Assembly (NCBI RefSeq): GCF_009914755.1
Contig: NC_060925.1
Strand: one strand, 5' to 3'
Length of the DNA stretch: 64,000 nucleotides
Origin: the human T2T-CHM13v2.0 reference genome, Homo sapiens
Positions 62,050-64,000 of the stretch are shown piece by piece (position 1 is the first letter of the stretch; each line of letters starts with the position of its first letter). Made by a program: the position numbers and the translations under genes. The notes below the pieces were generated by a model. It was not told where the DNA came from and did no database searches. It saw only the letters and a list, made by a program, of their open reading frames with translations.

Positions 62050-63590
62050 AGATTAGGTTTCCTTTATCTAGAATTTCATGAGTAGAATTATATAGTATTT
62101 ATTCTTTTGTGCCTGGCTTTTTATTAAGCATAATGCTTTTGAAATTCATCCATGTTGTTGCATGTATCAGTTGTCTGTTCCTTTTTATTGCTGAGTAGTA
62201 TTCCATTGAAATAATACGGCAGAATTTGTTTATCCATTCACCCGTTGATAGACATTTGGCTTATTTCCAATTTGGAGATATTATGAATAAAGCTGCAGTT
62301 AACATTCAAGTAGAAGTCTTTCTGTGGACATTTACTTTCTTAAGGTAAATATATAGGAGTGGAATTTCTTAGTCATATGGAAAGTGTATGTTTAAGGTTA
62401 AGAAAAACTGCCAAACTGTTTTCCAAAAGTACCTTTTTACATTTTTACTTGCAGTGTGTGAGAGTCCCAGGTTCTCCACATCCTAATCAACACTTTGTAT
62501 TGTCAGTCTTTTTAATTTGAGCCATTATTGTGGATTTTAATGGTTCAGTGATTTTAATTGTGGCTTTAACTGCATTTTTCTGATGATTAATAATATTAAG
62601 CATCGTTTCCTGTACTTAATGACCGTTTGTATATTTTCTTTTGAGAAGTGTCTCTGTAAATCATTTGCCCTTTTTAATGAGGTTGTCATCCTGTTACTTA
62701 TTTGTAAATGTTTTTTACATATTCTAGATTTGTGTTTCACAACCAAGGAAATCTTATCCACCAAAGGATATTTGAAAATGTCTAGAGACATTTTTGGTTG
62801 ACACAGTTGAGGGAGGCCTGTACCTGTCTCCCTTCCTCTTTTCTCCATCTCTCCCTTGCTCGCTCCCTCTTCCTCCTTTTGAGCTTTCTAGATCACTTTA
62901 TATTAACCTGGGGTTGTGGGAGCCCTGATTTTTTATTTCATTTTTTTCTCCATTCTTCAGTTTAGATATCTTTTATTGATCTACCTTTAATGTCTTTTAT
63001 ACTTCTACAGTATTCAATCTGCAGTTAAGTTCATCTAGTGAATTTTCATCTGAAATGTTGGACTTTTTAGCTCTAGTATTACTTTTTGATTCCATTTTCT
63101 AGTTTGTTTCTTCTGCTAAGATTTCTTGTCTTTTTGTTCATTATGTTCAGCTGTTTAATTTGTTAAAGTATTTGTCTGCTAATATCAATATCTGGTTACC
63201 ATGTTTTTATTTTGGGTCACATTTTCCTGTTTCACATGTCTAGAGAGTTTTGATTATGTGCTGTACTTGTGTGTGATACATTTTGTAGGGTTATGAATTA
63301 TGTTACCTTTCTTTAAAAGTTATGAGCTTTGTTCTGGCAGGCAATTAAATTACTAAAGGATCTTGAACCTGTTAGGCTTGTTTCAGTACTTTGTTAGGAG
63401 TAGGTATCCTCTTCTAGCTTTATTTGTAATTTTAGGGCAGGGCTCCTTTTCAAGGCTGTAGTTCTTATTTTTAAGATGTTGCTTTTCTGGAATCTTATTT
63501 AACTGAATGCCAGAGGGGCTCAGCAAGAACTCTCTACTTTTATTGAGTTGGAACTACTCCATCTACCCACATATGACCTCTGATATCTGA
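62050..63590 (-). mobile_element. Old L1M fragments, intron 9
   Basis: antisense L1 3'UTR/ORF2 text; ORF-track remnant RHFSKENIQ. Confidence 0.7.
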
Positions 63591-63654
63591 TATCTCCAGT
63601 TACCTTAGTCCTAAAGCAGCTATCTCCCGTTACCTCTTAGTCCTAAAGCAGCCT

Positions 63655-63779
63655 TTCTTTCTTTTCTTTCTCTCTCTCTCCTTCCTTCTTTCCTTCCTTC
63701 CTTCCTTCCTTCCTTCCTTCCTTCCTTCCTTCCTTCCTTCCTTCCTTCTCTCTTTCTCTCTTTCTTCTCTTTCTTTCTT
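63655..63779. repeat. (CCTT)n/(CT)n microsatellite, expanded Alu tail
   Basis: read directly from sequence. Confidence 0.95.

Positions 63780-64000
<221 letters not shown>

Overview
Primate (most likely human) genomic DNA. The right third holds the CpG-island promoter and first nine coding exons of KCTD3 on the + strand. These give 817 nt of CDS, M1 to about G273, covering the BTB/POZ domain and the start of the WD40-like region. All splice sites are GT-AG and the gene continues beyond the window. The upstream ~39 kb is intergenic and transposon-rich: a full-length, ORF-disrupted L1PA (+, ~4.6-10.8 kb), an apparently full-length ancient L1MA-type element (-, ~22.6-30.3 kb) nested in an older L1, LTRs, hAT DNA transposons, MIR/L2 and about 20 Alus. 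Most notable observations: (1) an antisense MER41 ERV copy in KCTD3 intron 8 shaped like an mRNA (R-U5, apparently spliced internal part, U3-R, AATAAA, poly-A), i.e. a probable processed retrocopy; (2) a perfect 36-bp templated insertion in the L1PA 5'UTR copied from 3.4 kb upstream, which rewrites the end of ORF0 and removes an antisense splice donor; (3) fold-back and patchwork repair-like scars in DNA-transposon remnants; (4) an in-frame open 5'UTR with strong-context GTGs and a phase-symmetric exon 2-8 block between inverted Alus. Repeat subfamily names and repeat boundaries come from recalled consensus sequences and are approximate. No novel protein-coding system is supported.
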